In this document: positions 39,837 through 52,067 of the stretch, in pieces
Layout: each line of letters starts with the position of its first letter
Numbering within the stretch: the first letter of the stretch is position 1
IMG/VR virus record: IMGVR_UViG_3300005611_000008
Coordinates: 38,204 to 102,203 of that record
Strand: one strand, 5' to 3'
From: a virus
Lineage: Duplodnaviria > Caudoviricetes
Length of the DNA: 64,000 bases
Notes under the pieces: model-generated
What the model was told of the DNA's origin: nothing
Databases searched by the model: none
Seen by the model: the letters and a program-made list of their open reading frames with translations, nothing else
Translations under genes and position numbers: made by a program

Positions 39837-40668
39837 TGTTTGGTCATAGTTATTATCACGGCATACTACGAAAGTATGTCATCATGTTCGGAAACATGTT
39901 CAATGACATTGATGTCGTTCGCTACAACAATGCAGGTACTGCAACGCAAACGATTCGTGTGCCAATCGCATACGGTCCTCGCGAAAAGTTTTTAGCACGA
40001 TTACGTGCTGATCCAAACCTCGACAGAGATGTTGCGATTCAGTTGCCTCGTTTGGCATTTGAAATGACGAATGTATCATACGCACCAGAACGAGGACTGA
40101 ACAAACTGACTCGTAATGTCGGTATTCGTACCTCAGACAACGACACACTCCGTTCTGCTTGGACACCGACTCCATACGACTTGGACTTCACACTACACGG
40201 TATGTTTGCCAACCAAGAAGATGCAGTTCAAGTCGTCGAACAGATTCTTCCGTTCTTTAGACCAGAATGGACTCACACTCTGAACCTTGTGCCAGAGATT
40301 GGTGATAAGTACGATGTGCCAACGATTTTAAAAGACATGCAGATTGAAGATACATATGAAGCAGACTTTCTGACTCGTCGTGCTATTTTATACACTTTTA
40401 ACTTCACTGTCAAGGGGTATTTATTTGGACCGACTACGAACAAAGGCGTTATTAAGCGCACCATCGTTGATCTGTCTGCAAACAATATTGTTGGCGCACC
40501 TAACAATGTACGACTTGATTTGAATCCGGGTCTTCTTGCCAACGGTTCACCAACAACAAACGCAACCGCATCGATTGCCACATCATCAATCAGTGCGAAC
40601 AGCGACTACGGTATTACATTTGAGAAAGACGATTATTTTGATGGAATAGATCGACATGGGCATGGATC

Positions 40669-40672
<4 letters not shown>
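39836..40672 (+). CDS. gp15: Tail sheath stabilizer/terminator gp15
   Basis: FG..FNDI, VPIAYGPREKFLARL, LPRLAFE, QILPFFRP; ATG 39836 overlaps the gp14 stop. Confidence 0.92.
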
Positions 40673-42718
<2,046 letters not shown>

Positions 42719-42729
42719 ATAACCGTTTT

Positions 42730-42737
42730 TATAAATA
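42730..42737 (+). promoter_or_regulatory. T4-type late promoter
   Basis: TATAAATA upstream of gp18. Confidence 0.8.
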
Positions 42738-42786
42738 CTTGAACGAAATTATAAAAATGAACTCTTTAATGAGAAGGAGATAAAAA

Positions 42787-44709
42787 ATGCCTTTCCAAGT
42801 ATCACCGGGCGTTAATGTTAGTGAGATTGATCTAACCACTGTCGTCCCTGCGGTGAGCACAACTGAAGGTGCAGTCGCAGGTAACTTCAAGTGGGGACCA
42901 GTAAATCAGCGCGTACTCGTTGATTCTGAAGATCGTCTTGTAAATATTTTTAATAAACCAAATGCAAACACCGCAACTGATTTCTTCACCGCGGCAAACT
43001 TCCTTGCATACGGTAATCAACTTTATGTAGTTCGTGGTAACGCATCTGCAAACAATGCCGCTACTGGCACAGTTGGTGCTTTCATTGAAAACGAAGAATA
43101 CTACAACGAAACTTACACACACAAATCTACACATGGCGATTGGGTTGCCAAGTATCCGGGTGATCTGGGTAACTCGCTGAAGGTTTCTGTTTGTCACAAT
43201 GCTAATGCATGGCAGTCAACAGTTACTACTTCCTACTATGCAACTCGCAATTCAGCAACTGTAACTTTAGCAGGTGATGGGCAAGGCACCTCAAATGCTG
43301 AAACCCAGTTTGTTGTTGGGGATTTGATTCTTCTTGGACCAGATAATGAGTCTCGTAAGATTTCTGCGGTTTCTGGAAACACAATTACACTGAATTCAAA
43401 CTACACTGGTAATACAGTTTCTAACTACACTCCAAACATCACTCGTCGTTGGGAGTATTTCGGTGAGTTTGACACAGCACCAACTACAACTGCGTATGCA
43501 AATACAGCAGGTGTTACTGGCGATGCACTTCATGTTGCAGTCATCGACGAAGATGGTCAGTTCTCTGGTGCACAAGGCACTGTCCTTGAAGTGTATCAGA
43601 ATGTATCACAAGCATCTGATGCGAAGACAGACACTGGTGCAACTAACTATTACAAAGACGTTATTAATCAGCAATCATCATACATTTGGTGGGGTGCTCA
43701 CAATAGCAACTTGACAAGTTCAGGTGGCATATCAACAACTGTCGGAAATTCATACTTAGCAGGTTCTAATTTACCAATAACTAATTCTATGACTAAGGGT
43801 AAGGACGGTACTCAGTTATCATCTGCTCAAAAGATTGCATCATACAATAAATTTAAGTCAAGCGAAGATGTTGATGTTTCACTAATTCTGGGTGCTGATG
43901 CAGATACTACTTTGGCAACTCATCTGATCACAAACATTGCAGATACTCGCAAAGACTGTATTGTTGTACTCTCTCCAGAGCGAGCAGATGTTGTAAACAA
44001 CAACGGTTTCGAAGGTAAAGAGCGTGATGATGTCATCTCGTTCCGTGATGGACTTCCATCATCTTCATATGCAGTGATGGATTCTGGTTGGAAGTATCAA
44101 TACGATAAGTACAACGATGTGTATCGCTATGTACCACTGAATGCTGATACAGCAGGTCTCATGGTTCAGACTGATTTGACTCGTGATCCTTGGTTCTCAC
44201 CTGCGGGATTCAACCGTGGTAATGTCAAGAATGTTGTCAAGTTAGCGTTTAACCCATCAAAAGCAGATCGCGATCAACTGTACAAGAAGGGCATTAACCC
44301 AGTTGTTACATTCCCCGGACAAGGCACAGTTCTTTATGGTGATAAGACATTGTTGGCACAACCTTCTGCGTTTGATCGAATCAATGTTCGTCGTTTGTTC
44401 ATCGTACTTGAGAAAGCAATCTCAACTGCCTCGCAGTTCACATTGTTTGAGTTCAACGATGAGTTCACACGCGCACAGTTCAAGAACTTGGTAGAACCGT
44501 TCTTGCGTGATGTCCAAGGTCGTCGTGGTATTACTGATTTTGCTGTTGTGTGCGATGGCACAAACAACACTGGTGAAGTCATTGACCGCAACGAGTTTGT
44601 TGGCGACATCTACATTAAACCTGCTCGTTCTATCAACTTCATTCAGTTGAACTTTGTTGCTGTTAGAACAGGCGTTGAGTTCTCTGAAATCGTTGGTCGT
44701 GCGACATAA
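42787..44709 (+). CDS. gp18: Tail sheath protein gp18
   Basis: SPGVNVSEIDLT; WFSPAGFNRG; FDRINVRRLF; IKPARSINFIQLNFVA. Confidence 0.95.
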   Translation: MPFQVSPGVNVSEIDLTTVVPAVSTTEGAVAGNFKWGPVNQRVLVDSEDRLVNIFNKPNANTATDFFTAANFLAYGNQLYVVRGNASANNAATGTVGAFIENEEYYNETYTHKSTHGDWVAKYPGDLGNSLKVSVCHNANAWQSTVTTSYYATRNSATVTLAGDGQGTSNAETQFVVGDLILLGPDNESRKISAVSGNTITLNSNYTGNTVSNYTPNITRRWEYFGEFDTAPTTTAYANTAGVTGDALHVAVIDEDGQFSGAQGTVLEVYQNVSQASDAKTDTGATNYYKDVINQQSSYIWWGAHNSNLTSSGGISTTVGNSYLAGSNLPITNSMTKGKDGTQLSSAQKIASYNKFKSSEDVDVSLILGADADTTLATHLITNIADTRKDCIVVLSPERADVVNNNGFEGKERDDVISFRDGLPSSSYAVMDSGWKYQYDKYNDVYRYVPLNADTAGLMVQTDLTRDPWFSPAGFNRGNVKNVVKLAFNPSKADRDQLYKKGINPVVTFPGQGTVLYGDKTLLAQPSAFDRINVRRLFIVLEKAISTASQFTLFEFNDEFTRAQFKNLVEPFLRDVQGRRGITDFAVVCDGTNNTGEVIDRNEFVGDIYIKPARSINFIQLNFVAVRTGVEFSEIVGRAT

Positions 44710-44732
44710 ATAAAGGATAAAAGGAGAACGAA

Positions 44733-45284
44733 ATGGCGTTTAATGTAAACGAATTCGCAGGGGCATTAAAGGCGGGCGGTGCTCGTCCCTCACTGTTCCA
44801 AGTGCAGATTACTAACCCGATCAACGGTGTTGCCGATGCACAGGTTCCATTCCTGTGCAAAGCAGCAACTATTCCAGAAGCAACTTTGAGTGCGATTGAA
44901 GTACCATACTATGGTCGTAACATCAAGTTAGCAGGTACTCGTACTTTTGCTGAATGGTCACCAACGATCATCAACGATGAAGACTTTGCAATCCGCAATG
45001 CTATGGAACAGTGGTCAAATGCGATCAACTCTTTCCAAGGCAACTTAAACAATGCGGGCGGTACAGCACCTTCACTCTATAAAGCAAACGCACAGGTCAC
45101 TCAGTATTCTAAGACTGGTGAGATTCTGCGTGTATACGACTTTGTAGGTATCTTCCCAACTGCGGTTGCGGAAATTACCCTTGGGTGGGATCAAGGCGAT
45201 TCTATCGAAGAGTTTGGAGTTACCTTTGCATATGACTACTGGCAAGTATCAGGTGGTCAAACTGGTAACGCGGGCGGAATTTAA
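44733..45284 (+). CDS. gp19: Tail tube protein gp19
   Basis: GGARPSLFQV, GR.IKLAG.RTF.EW, IEEFGVTFAYDYW; CATAAATA at 44705-44712 upstream. Confidence 0.95.
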   Translation: MAFNVNEFAGALKAGGARPSLFQVQITNPINGVADAQVPFLCKAATIPEATLSAIEVPYYGRNIKLAGTRTFAEWSPTIINDEDFAIRNAMEQWSNAINSFQGNLNNAGGTAPSLYKANAQVTQYSKTGEILRVYDFVGIFPTAVAEITLGWDQGDSIEEFGVTFAYDYWQVSGGQTGNAGGI

Positions 45285-45301
45285 CCCGCAAAAGTGATTG
45301 A

Positions 45302-45340
45302 AGGGGCGACTAAATAGTAGCATAGAAGTCGCCCCTGTTT
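45302..45340 (+). terminator. Hairpin after gp19 that contains a late promoter variant
   Basis: AGGGGCGACT(45302-11)/AGTCGCCCCT(45327-36) perfect 10-bp stem followed by GTTTATT; ACTAAATA at 45309-45316. Confidence 0.6.
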
Positions 45341-45357
45341 ATTATTGAGGAAAACAA

Positions 45358-46836
45358 ATGGCAATCGAACTCTTTGGTTTTACCATAGGAAAGAAAGACG
45401 AAGAAACAAAACCTAATGTAGTATCTTTCGCTCCCCCACCAAACGATGATGGCACTCTCGCAGTGGCAGAAGGTGGTGTCTATGGCACTACCGTTGATGT
45501 TAACAACACAGCAAAAAACGAAGCACAACTCATTACTCGCTATCGTGAGATGGCATCACAACCTGAGTGTGAGCGAGCAGTTGATGACATCGTAAACGAA
45601 GCAATCGTTGGAACAGAATACGATGCACCTGTCTCTATTGTCCTTGATAATGTCGAGGAGATGGATGATCAGATTAAAGATCGTATTCGTGAAGAGTTTG
45701 ACGAAATCCTAAACATGCTTAACTTCCACAATCGTGCATACGACATCTTCCGTAACTGGTATGTCGATGGTCGATTATACTATCACATTATGATTGATAA
45801 TAAGCAACCTCGTGCAGGCATTCAAGAGTTGCGATTCATTGATCCACGAAAGATCAAGAAAGTCCGTGTCGAAAAACGCGACAATCAAAACCAAGTTTCC
45901 AAAGAAGTATTCAACAAGAAGTACAATGAATACTTTGTCTATTCTGCCAAAGGTATTACTGCGGGCAATCAAGGTGTCAAGGTTGCACCAGATTCAATCG
46001 CATACTGTCATTCTGGCATCATGGATCAGAACAATAAGATGATTCTGTCCTACATGCACAAGGCAGTCAAACCACTGAATCAACTCCGTATGTTGGAAGA
46101 TGCCACAGTCATCTATCGTCTCGCTCGTGCCCCAGAGCGTCGAATCTTCTACATCGATGTGGGTAACTTGCCGAAAGCAAAGGCAGAGCAGTATCTGCGT
46201 GACATGATGGTCAAGCACAAGAACAAGTTAGTCTACGATGCAAACACTGGCGAAGTCCGTGATGATCGTAAGTTTCTCACGATGCTTGAAGACTATTGGT
46301 TGCCTCGTCGTGAAGGTGGTAAAGGCACAGAGATTTCAACATTACCGGGTGGACAGAACCTTGGTGAGATCGAAGATGTTCAATACTTCCAAAGAAAACT
46401 GTATCAGTCACTGAATGTACCGATGTCTCGTTTAGAAGCAGATAACTCATTTAACTTGGGTCGTGCGTCTGAGATCACTCGTGACGAACTCAAGTTCTCA
46501 AAGTTTATTGCGCGTCTGCGTTATCGGTTTAGTGAGTTATTCCACATTCTGTTAGAACGACAGTTGCTTTTGAAGGGTATCATTACCAAGCAAGAATGGA
46601 ACGAGGTCAAGGGTCAGATTTACTACGACTTCCTTGAAGACAACCATTTCTCAGAACTGAAGAATGCAGAGATCATGCGTGAGCGTTTGAATACACTCCG
46701 CGACATCGATGAGTATGTTGGAAAGTATTACTCTGCTGAGTGGGTTCGTAAGAACATTCTCATGCAGACCGAAGACGAGATCGAAGAAATCGATCAGCAA
46801 ATCGCAGATGAACCGTCTGATGAAGACGAGATGTGA
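45358..46836 (+). CDS. gp20: Portal protein gp20
   Basis: WYVDGRLYYH, YRLARAPERRIFYIDVGNLPK.KAEQYL, EDYWLPRREGGKGTEI. Confidence 0.96.
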   Translation: MAIELFGFTIGKKDEETKPNVVSFAPPPNDDGTLAVAEGGVYGTTVDVNNTAKNEAQLITRYREMASQPECERAVDDIVNEAIVGTEYDAPVSIVLDNVEEMDDQIKDRIREEFDEILNMLNFHNRAYDIFRNWYVDGRLYYHIMIDNKQPRAGIQELRFIDPRKIKKVRVEKRDNQNQVSKEVFNKKYNEYFVYSAKGITAGNQGVKVAPDSIAYCHSGIMDQNNKMILSYMHKAVKPLNQLRMLEDATVIYRLARAPERRIFYIDVGNLPKAKAEQYLRDMMVKHKNKLVYDANTGEVRDDRKFLTMLEDYWLPRREGGKGTEISTLPGGQNLGEIEDVQYFQRKLYQSLNVPMSRLEADNSFNLGRASEITRDELKFSKFIARLRYRFSELFHILLERQLLLKGIITKQEWNEVKGQIYYDFLEDNHFSELKNAEIMRERLNTLRDIDEYVGKYYSAEWVRKNILMQTEDEIEEIDQQIADEPSDEDEM

Positions 46837-46841
46837 CAATT

Positions 46842-46849
46842 TATAAATA
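46842..46849 (+). promoter_or_regulatory. T4-type late promoter
   Basis: TATAAATA upstream of the prohead core genes. Confidence 0.75.
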
Positions 46850-46868
46850 GTTGACAGGAGATTACGAC

Positions 46869-47078
46869 ATGAGCGATTACACTACACAAGACGCAGTACA
46901 AGCGGCAATGGATGGAGATGCCTCCACATTCCGTAATGCTGTGAATGACATTTTAATGGATAAGGTGCATGATGCAGTCAACTTGAAAAAGATTGAAGTA
47001 GCATCGTCCTTCATGTCATCAGATTCAGAAGAAGAAGTAGAAATCCAAGGGGAAACCGATGGCGATCAAGAAGTTTAG
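46869..47078 (+). CDS. Small prohead core protein (gp67-like position)
   Basis: ATG 46869 with AGGAG SD; acidic; directly after the portal gene. Confidence 0.6.
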   Translation: MSDYTTQDAVQAAMDGDASTFRNAVNDILMDKVHDAVNLKKIEVASSFMSSDSEEEVEIQGETDGDQEV

Positions 47079-47901
47079 TGCATATATCGCGGAAGCACCT
47101 GCCGCAGACTATGTTGCACCTAAAGACGACGATGCTGAAGTAAAGGGATACAAACCTCGCTCAAAGGGTGAGGAAGACTTTGCCAATCAGCACATGGTGC
47201 AAAAAAATGACTACTATGCCGTTCCCGGTCAAGACCATGTATTTAATGGTTCAGTAAAAGAAGTCACCATTCAACCAAACAACGGTGAACCTACACAGAA
47301 GCAAGGTTCGTCTGATGTGAACCAACCTACTGGTGGCGGTGATTCTAAGCGTGGTGCTGATAGAAAGCAAGGCGATATGAAACCAGTCAACCCTATCAAA
47401 GAAGGTTTGGAAGACAATCAAGATAACCCTGCTAACCGTCAGCATTTGTGTGCAAAGAATGTTGTGCATGAGCAGTATGGCGAAGGCACTTGTATCTCAG
47501 AAGAGCATGCAGAACCAGACGAGTTTGGGCATGTTGAGTGGTACGATGTAATGTTCAAGCATGGACTTGAGAGATTTGTTCCAGTTGCAGAGATGAAGGT
47601 TACTAAAGCAGAAGCACACATGCATGCGTCTAAGAAACCTAAAGCACGAATCAAAGAAGATGTTGAACTCGTTGAAGGCAAGGTAATGGATGCATTGCAA
47701 AAGATTGTCAAGGACAAGTCAGCAGGTAAGGTCAAGTTTGAAAACGGCAAGACCCTTAAAGTAGACATGACAACTGCTAACGCGATGCTCAATCTACACA
47801 AGAAGATTAACGACAAGAACAAAGCAAAGATGGCAGACCAAATCGAAAAGTCTCCAGAAGTGTTCATGAAGTTGATGGATGTGGCATTCGGAGGTAAGTG
47901 A
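47059..47901 (+). CDS. Putative prohead core/internal head protein
   Basis: Between gp20 and gp21; highly charged; several I/L/V-x-E motifs. Confidence 0.55.
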   Translation: MAIKKFSAYIAEAPAADYVAPKDDDAEVKGYKPRSKGEEDFANQHMVQKNDYYAVPGQDHVFNGSVKEVTIQPNNGEPTQKQGSSDVNQPTGGGDSKRGADRKQGDMKPVNPIKEGLEDNQDNPANRQHLCAKNVVHEQYGEGTCISEEHAEPDEFGHVEWYDVMFKHGLERFVPVAEMKVTKAEAHMHASKKPKARIKEDVELVEGKVMDALQKIVKDKSAGKVKFENGKTLKVDMTTANAMLNLHKKINDKNKAKMADQIEKSPEVFMKLMDVAFGGK

Positions 47902-48185
47902 TGGCAATTAAAGTATTAGCAAATACTGTTGCTTTCACTGCATCAGGAAACAATGTCTTTGATGCGACTGCTGTTCGTATTACAAACGACAGTTCAGCAA
48001 GAACAATCACAATCGCAAACACTGCTGATCCAACAGATACTGGACTGCATGGTAACTATCCGGGTGGACAAGTTTCTATTCGCTTGAATGCGAATGAAGT
48101 GGTAACAGTTCGCAAAAGACCAAAGGACGAGATCACTGCCGCAGCAGGGGTGTTCGGCACAAAGGTGGCAGAGGTAAGTTCATGA
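47898..48185 (+). CDS. Small hypothetical virion protein
   Basis: GGAGG SD, coupled to both neighbours; beta-rich. Confidence 0.6.
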   Translation: MMAIKVLANTVAFTASGNNVFDATAVRITNDSSARTITIANTADPTDTGLHGNYPGGQVSIRLNANEVVTVRKRPKDEITAAAGVFGTKVAEVSS

Positions 48186-48835
48186 AACTGATCACAGAAC
48201 TCAACGAAGACATTCAGTACATCTCTGAAGCAAAAGAAGATGGTAAGAAGAACTACTTCATCGAAGGCATCTTTATGCAAGGAGACATCAATAACCGTAA
48301 TGGTCGTATGTATCCTGCGGAAGTCTTGGATAAAGAAGTACAGCGTTACAACAAAGAGTATGTCGAAAAGAATCGTGCATATGGCGAGTTGGGACACCCT
48401 AGCGGACCAACCATCAACCTTGAGCGTGTATCTCATTTGATTACTGATCTAAAGCGTGACGGTTCTAACTTCAGAGGTCGTGCAAAGATTTTAGCAGAAA
48501 CACCGATGGGTGCGATTGTCAAGGGTATCATGGACGATGGAGGACAGTTAGCAGTGTCTTCTCGTGGCATGGGTTCTCTCAAGCAGAATCGCCAAGGTGT
48601 AAACGAAGTTCAAAAAGATTTCTATCTTGCCACAGCAGGTGACATTGTTGCTGACCCATCCGCACCAGATGCATTTGTCAACGGCATCATGGAAGGTAAA
48701 GAATGGGTATGGGACAACGGTCTTATCAAAGAAGCATCAATTGCTTCTTACGAGAAAGAAATTAAGACTGCTTCAACCAAAGAATTAGAAGAAGCAAAGT
48801 TGCGAGTTTTTAGCGATTTTCTATCGAAACTCTAA
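48182..48835 (+). CDS. gp21: Prohead protease gp21
   Basis: IEGIFMQ..NRNGR.YP, GELGHP, VSSRGMGSL, DIVADPSAPDAFV. Confidence 0.95.
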   Translation: MKLITELNEDIQYISEAKEDGKKNYFIEGIFMQGDINNRNGRMYPAEVLDKEVQRYNKEYVEKNRAYGELGHPSGPTINLERVSHLITDLKRDGSNFRGRAKILAETPMGAIVKGIMDDGGQLAVSSRGMGSLKQNRQGVNEVQKDFYLATAGDIVADPSAPDAFVNGIMEGKEWVWDNGLIKEASIASYEKEIKTASTKELEEAKLRVFSDFLSKL

Positions 48836-48839
48836 GATT

Positions 48840-48858
48840 TATAAATACTCTATAAATA
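48840..48858 (+). promoter_or_regulatory. Tandem T4-type late promoters
   Basis: TATAAATA at 48840-48847 and 48851-48858, upstream of gp22. Confidence 0.75.
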
Positions 48859-48887
48859 AATGACTAAACCGTAAAGGAGATAACAAC

Positions 48888-49988
48888 ATGTCCGATAAAG
48901 AACTGGAAATGTTGGATCAAGAAGAAGGACAACTGGAAGAAGTGAAAGCATCTTTCGGTGATCCATCAGAAGTACCTGATCCATCAACCAAGGAAGTAGA
49001 CGCACCGGGTGCGGAAGGTAAAGATGCTGATGCTGAAAAGAAAGCAGCACCAAAGCGTTCACCATCTGAAGTGCCAAAGACTAAAGTAGCAATGATCACT
49101 GCTATGGCAGATGCTATGAAGCAAATGAATGCTTCTGCGCTGAAAGCAAACTACGGCAAAATGATGAATGCTATGTATGGCGAGTCTGTTGAAGCAGAAG
49201 AAGAATCAAATACTGCTACTTCAATCAAAGAAATCAAGCAAATCTCTGCTGAAGACGTAAATGTCGCAGAAGATGTAGAAGCAATGTTCGCAGGTTCTGA
49301 ACTGAGCGAAGACTTCACTTCTAAAGCAACTACTATCTTTGAAGCAGCAGTTGTGTCAAAGGTTAACGAGATTCTGGAAACAGTCACCGTTGATCTGGAA
49401 GCAGAACTGGAAGCAGAGAAAGAAGAGATCGTCGAGTCAATGACTGCACGTTTAGACGACTACATGGAGTACGTAGTCGAGTCTTGGATGCAAGAAAATG
49501 AACTCGCTGTTGAGCAAGGTATCAAAGCAGAAATCACTGAGAACTTCATGGTTGGTCTGCGTAACTTGTTCACTGAATCATATATCGACATCCCAGAAGA
49601 GAAAGTTGACCTAGTTGACGAACTCGCAGCAAAGGTTGCTGAATTGGAAGAATCTGTAAACGAAGAAGTTGAAAAGAACATCGCTACTCGTAAGGAACTT
49701 GCTGAAGCAAAGAAATCAGTTGTTCTGCGCGATGTAACTGAAGGTCTGACTGAATCACAAGTAGTCAAGATGAAGTCTCTCGCTGAAGGCGTTGAGTTTG
49801 AATCTGCTGAAGACTATGCGAAGAAGTTGGAGACAATCAAAGAGAACTACTTCCCACAAGAAGAAGAACTCTCTGAGGACACTTCATTCGATTCAGAACC
49901 AGTTGAACTGGAAGAAGAAAACGAACCTACAGTCGCTCCAGAGATGAAGGCATACATGGATGCTATCTCTCGTTCGATCAAAAAGTAA
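48888..49988 (+). CDS. gp22: Prohead scaffolding protein gp22
   Basis: Glu-rich; KATTIFEAAV, YVVESWM.EN.LAVE.GI, KLETIKENYF. Confidence 0.92.
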   Translation: MSDKELEMLDQEEGQLEEVKASFGDPSEVPDPSTKEVDAPGAEGKDADAEKKAAPKRSPSEVPKTKVAMITAMADAMKQMNASALKANYGKMMNAMYGESVEAEEESNTATSIKEIKQISAEDVNVAEDVEAMFAGSELSEDFTSKATTIFEAAVVSKVNEILETVTVDLEAELEAEKEEIVESMTARLDDYMEYVVESWMQENELAVEQGIKAEITENFMVGLRNLFTESYIDIPEEKVDLVDELAAKVAELEESVNEEVEKNIATRKELAEAKKSVVLRDVTEGLTESQVVKMKSLAEGVEFESAEDYAKKLETIKENYFPQEEELSEDTSFDSEPVELEEENEPTVAPEMKAYMDAISRSIKK

Positions 49989-49993
49989 CAATT

Positions 49994-50001
49994 TATAAAT
50001 A
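49994..50001 (+). promoter_or_regulatory. T4-type late promoter
   Basis: TATAAATA upstream of gp23. Confidence 0.8.
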
Positions 50002-50036
50002 CAATTAGGTAAAAAAACCTCTAAGGAGAAATAACA

Positions 50037-51404
50037 ATGGCAACTGATGCTCTTATTCAAAAGTGGCAACCAGTCCTTGAGCATGCGGACCTTGAACCGA
50101 TCAAGGACTTACACAAGCGTAGTGTGACTGCTCAACTTCTGGAAAACCAAATGGTATCTGCTCGTGAGCAAGCATACCAACAAGGTGGCGCACATGGCGT
50201 ATCACTGTTAGGTGAAGCACCAACTAACGCAATGGGAAGTTCTTCTTCTACTGCGTCTGATGGTTCTATCGATACTTTCGATCCAGTATTAATCTCACTG
50301 GTTCGTCGTTCAATGCCTAACCTCATTGCATACGATATCTGTGGTGTACAACCAATGACTGGTCCTACTGGACTGATCTTTGCAATGCGTTCACGCTACA
50401 CTAACCAGACTGGAACTGAAGCACTCTTCAACGAAGCAGATGCATCATTCTCTGGTAACACGTTTGCTGCAAACGCTACACTGTCTAACAACCAAATCGG
50501 TACTGATCCTAATGATCGTGGTACTGGTGAAATCGGTTCTGGTGGTTCATACAACGTTCACACTGGTTTTTCTACTTCACAAGCAGAACAGTTAGGTTCA
50601 GCAGGTGGTCCTCAGTTTGCTGAAATGGCATTCTCAATCGAGAAGGTTGCGGTAACTGCGGTAACTCGTGCTTTGAAGGCAGAGTACACAATGGAACTCG
50701 CTCAAGACCTCAAGGCAATCCATGGTTTGGATGCAGAGCAAGAACTCAGCAACATTTTGTCTGCTGAAATCTTGGCAGAAATCAATCGTGAAGTTGTCCG
50801 TACTATCAACTACTCAGCAGTTGCAGGTGCTACTAAGAACACTACAACTTCTGGTACTTTCGACTTGGATACAGATTCAAACGGTCGTTGGTCAGTTGAG
50901 AAGTTCAAGGGTCTGATGTTCCAGATCGAGCGTGACGCTAACGAAATTGCGAAAGCAACTCGTCGCGGTAAGGGTAACGTCCTGATCACTTCTTCTGATG
51001 TTGCTTCTGCACTTCAGATGGCAGGTGTTTTGGATTACACTCCTGCACTGTCTAACAACTTGCAAGTTGACGACACTGGCAACACATTCGCAGGTGTTCT
51101 GAATGGTCGTATCCGTGTATACATCGATCCATACTTCTCAGATGCAACTAACAACTACTACACAATCGGTTACAAAGGTTCCAATGCCTTTGATGCTGGA
51201 TTGTTCTACTGCCCATACGTACCACTCCAGATGGTTCGTGCAGTTGGAGAGAATACTTTCCAACCTAAGATCGGATTCAAGACTCGCTACGGCATGGTCG
51301 CTAATCCTTTCGCAACTAACGATGGCAACGGTGTTGCTGCTCGTTTGGGTAGCGGAGATGGTAACATCTACTACCGCATCGTCAAGGTAACTAACTTGAT
51401 GTAA
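50037..51404 (+). CDS. gp23: Major capsid protein gp23
   Basis: KWQPVL, LVRRSMPNLIAYDICGVQPMTGPTGLIFAMR, ELAQDLKAIHGLDAE, FQPKIGFKTRYG. Confidence 0.97.
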   Translation: MATDALIQKWQPVLEHADLEPIKDLHKRSVTAQLLENQMVSAREQAYQQGGAHGVSLLGEAPTNAMGSSSSTASDGSIDTFDPVLISLVRRSMPNLIAYDICGVQPMTGPTGLIFAMRSRYTNQTGTEALFNEADASFSGNTFAANATLSNNQIGTDPNDRGTGEIGSGGSYNVHTGFSTSQAEQLGSAGGPQFAEMAFSIEKVAVTAVTRALKAEYTMELAQDLKAIHGLDAEQELSNILSAEILAEINREVVRTINYSAVAGATKNTTTSGTFDLDTDSNGRWSVEKFKGLMFQIERDANEIAKATRRGKGNVLITSSDVASALQMAGVLDYTPALSNNLQVDDTGNTFAGVLNGRIRVYIDPYFSDATNNYYTIGYKGSNAFDAGLFYCPYVPLQMVRAVGENTFQPKIGFKTRYGMVANPFATNDGNGVAARLGSGDGNIYYRIVKVTNLM

Positions 51405-51437
51405 GATAAAAAGACTGATTCTAAATCAGCATTTTGG

Positions 51438-51463
51438 AGAGGGACGCAAGTCCCTCTTTTTTT
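51438..51463 (+). terminator. Rho-independent terminator after gp23
   Basis: AGAGGGAC-GCAA-GTCCCTCT plus T-run; CCTAAATA late promoter variant follows at 51467-51474. Confidence 0.9.
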
Positions 51464-51498
51464 ATGCCTAAATAGTAGTATCAAAATGAGGGTACACC

Positions 51499-52029
51499 AT
51501 GGCACTTCAAGGTTCACAACCAGACAATAAAAGTTTTCTGTCACCGATTGGGTTTAAGTTCGCGATCAAGCGTCTTCCCCATGTTAACTATTTCTGTACG
51601 TCTGCTGAACTCCCAGACATCACATTGGGACAAGTAGATACTGTCGAGAATACCTTTATCAAACTACCAGTACCCGGTGATAAACTGGTATTCGGTGCAT
51701 TGAACCTACGCTTCCGTGTCGATGAGGACATGAAGAACTTCCGCGAGATTTACGATTGGTTGATCGGTCTTGGTTATCCAGATAACTTCTCACAGTCTTC
51801 CGCATTGCGTTCTGGCAATGGACTTCTACCGCAAGGCGATGTGTACTCAGATGGTTCTCTGATCATTACCACATCCAACTTCCAACCAAACATTGAGGTT
51901 CAGTTCATCGACATGTACCCAGTGTCTTTGACATCGTTGTCATTTAACATCGATAACACTGATATTGAATATCTTCAAGCAGATGTCAACTTTGCTTATC
52001 GTAAGTACGAATTGACAACCATCGTATAA
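51499..52029 (+). CDS. gp3: Tail completion protein gp3-like
   Basis: FLSP.GFKF.I.RLP.V.YFC, PGDKL.F, F.VDEDMKN..EIYDW; position after gp23. Confidence 0.85.
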   Translation: MALQGSQPDNKSFLSPIGFKFAIKRLPHVNYFCTSAELPDITLGQVDTVENTFIKLPVPGDKLVFGALNLRFRVDEDMKNFREIYDWLIGLGYPDNFSQSSALRSGNGLLPQGDVYSDGSLIITTSNFQPNIEVQFIDMYPVSLTSLSFNIDNTDIEYLQADVNFAYRKYELTTIV

Positions 52030-52040
52030 TCTGATATACT
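52012..52040 (+). promoter_or_regulatory. Sigma70-type promoter for uvsY-uvsW
   Basis: TTGACA-17 nt-TATACT with extended -10 TG. Confidence 0.85.
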
Positions 52041-52067
52041 ATACAATATTTTACTTATGGATTTATT

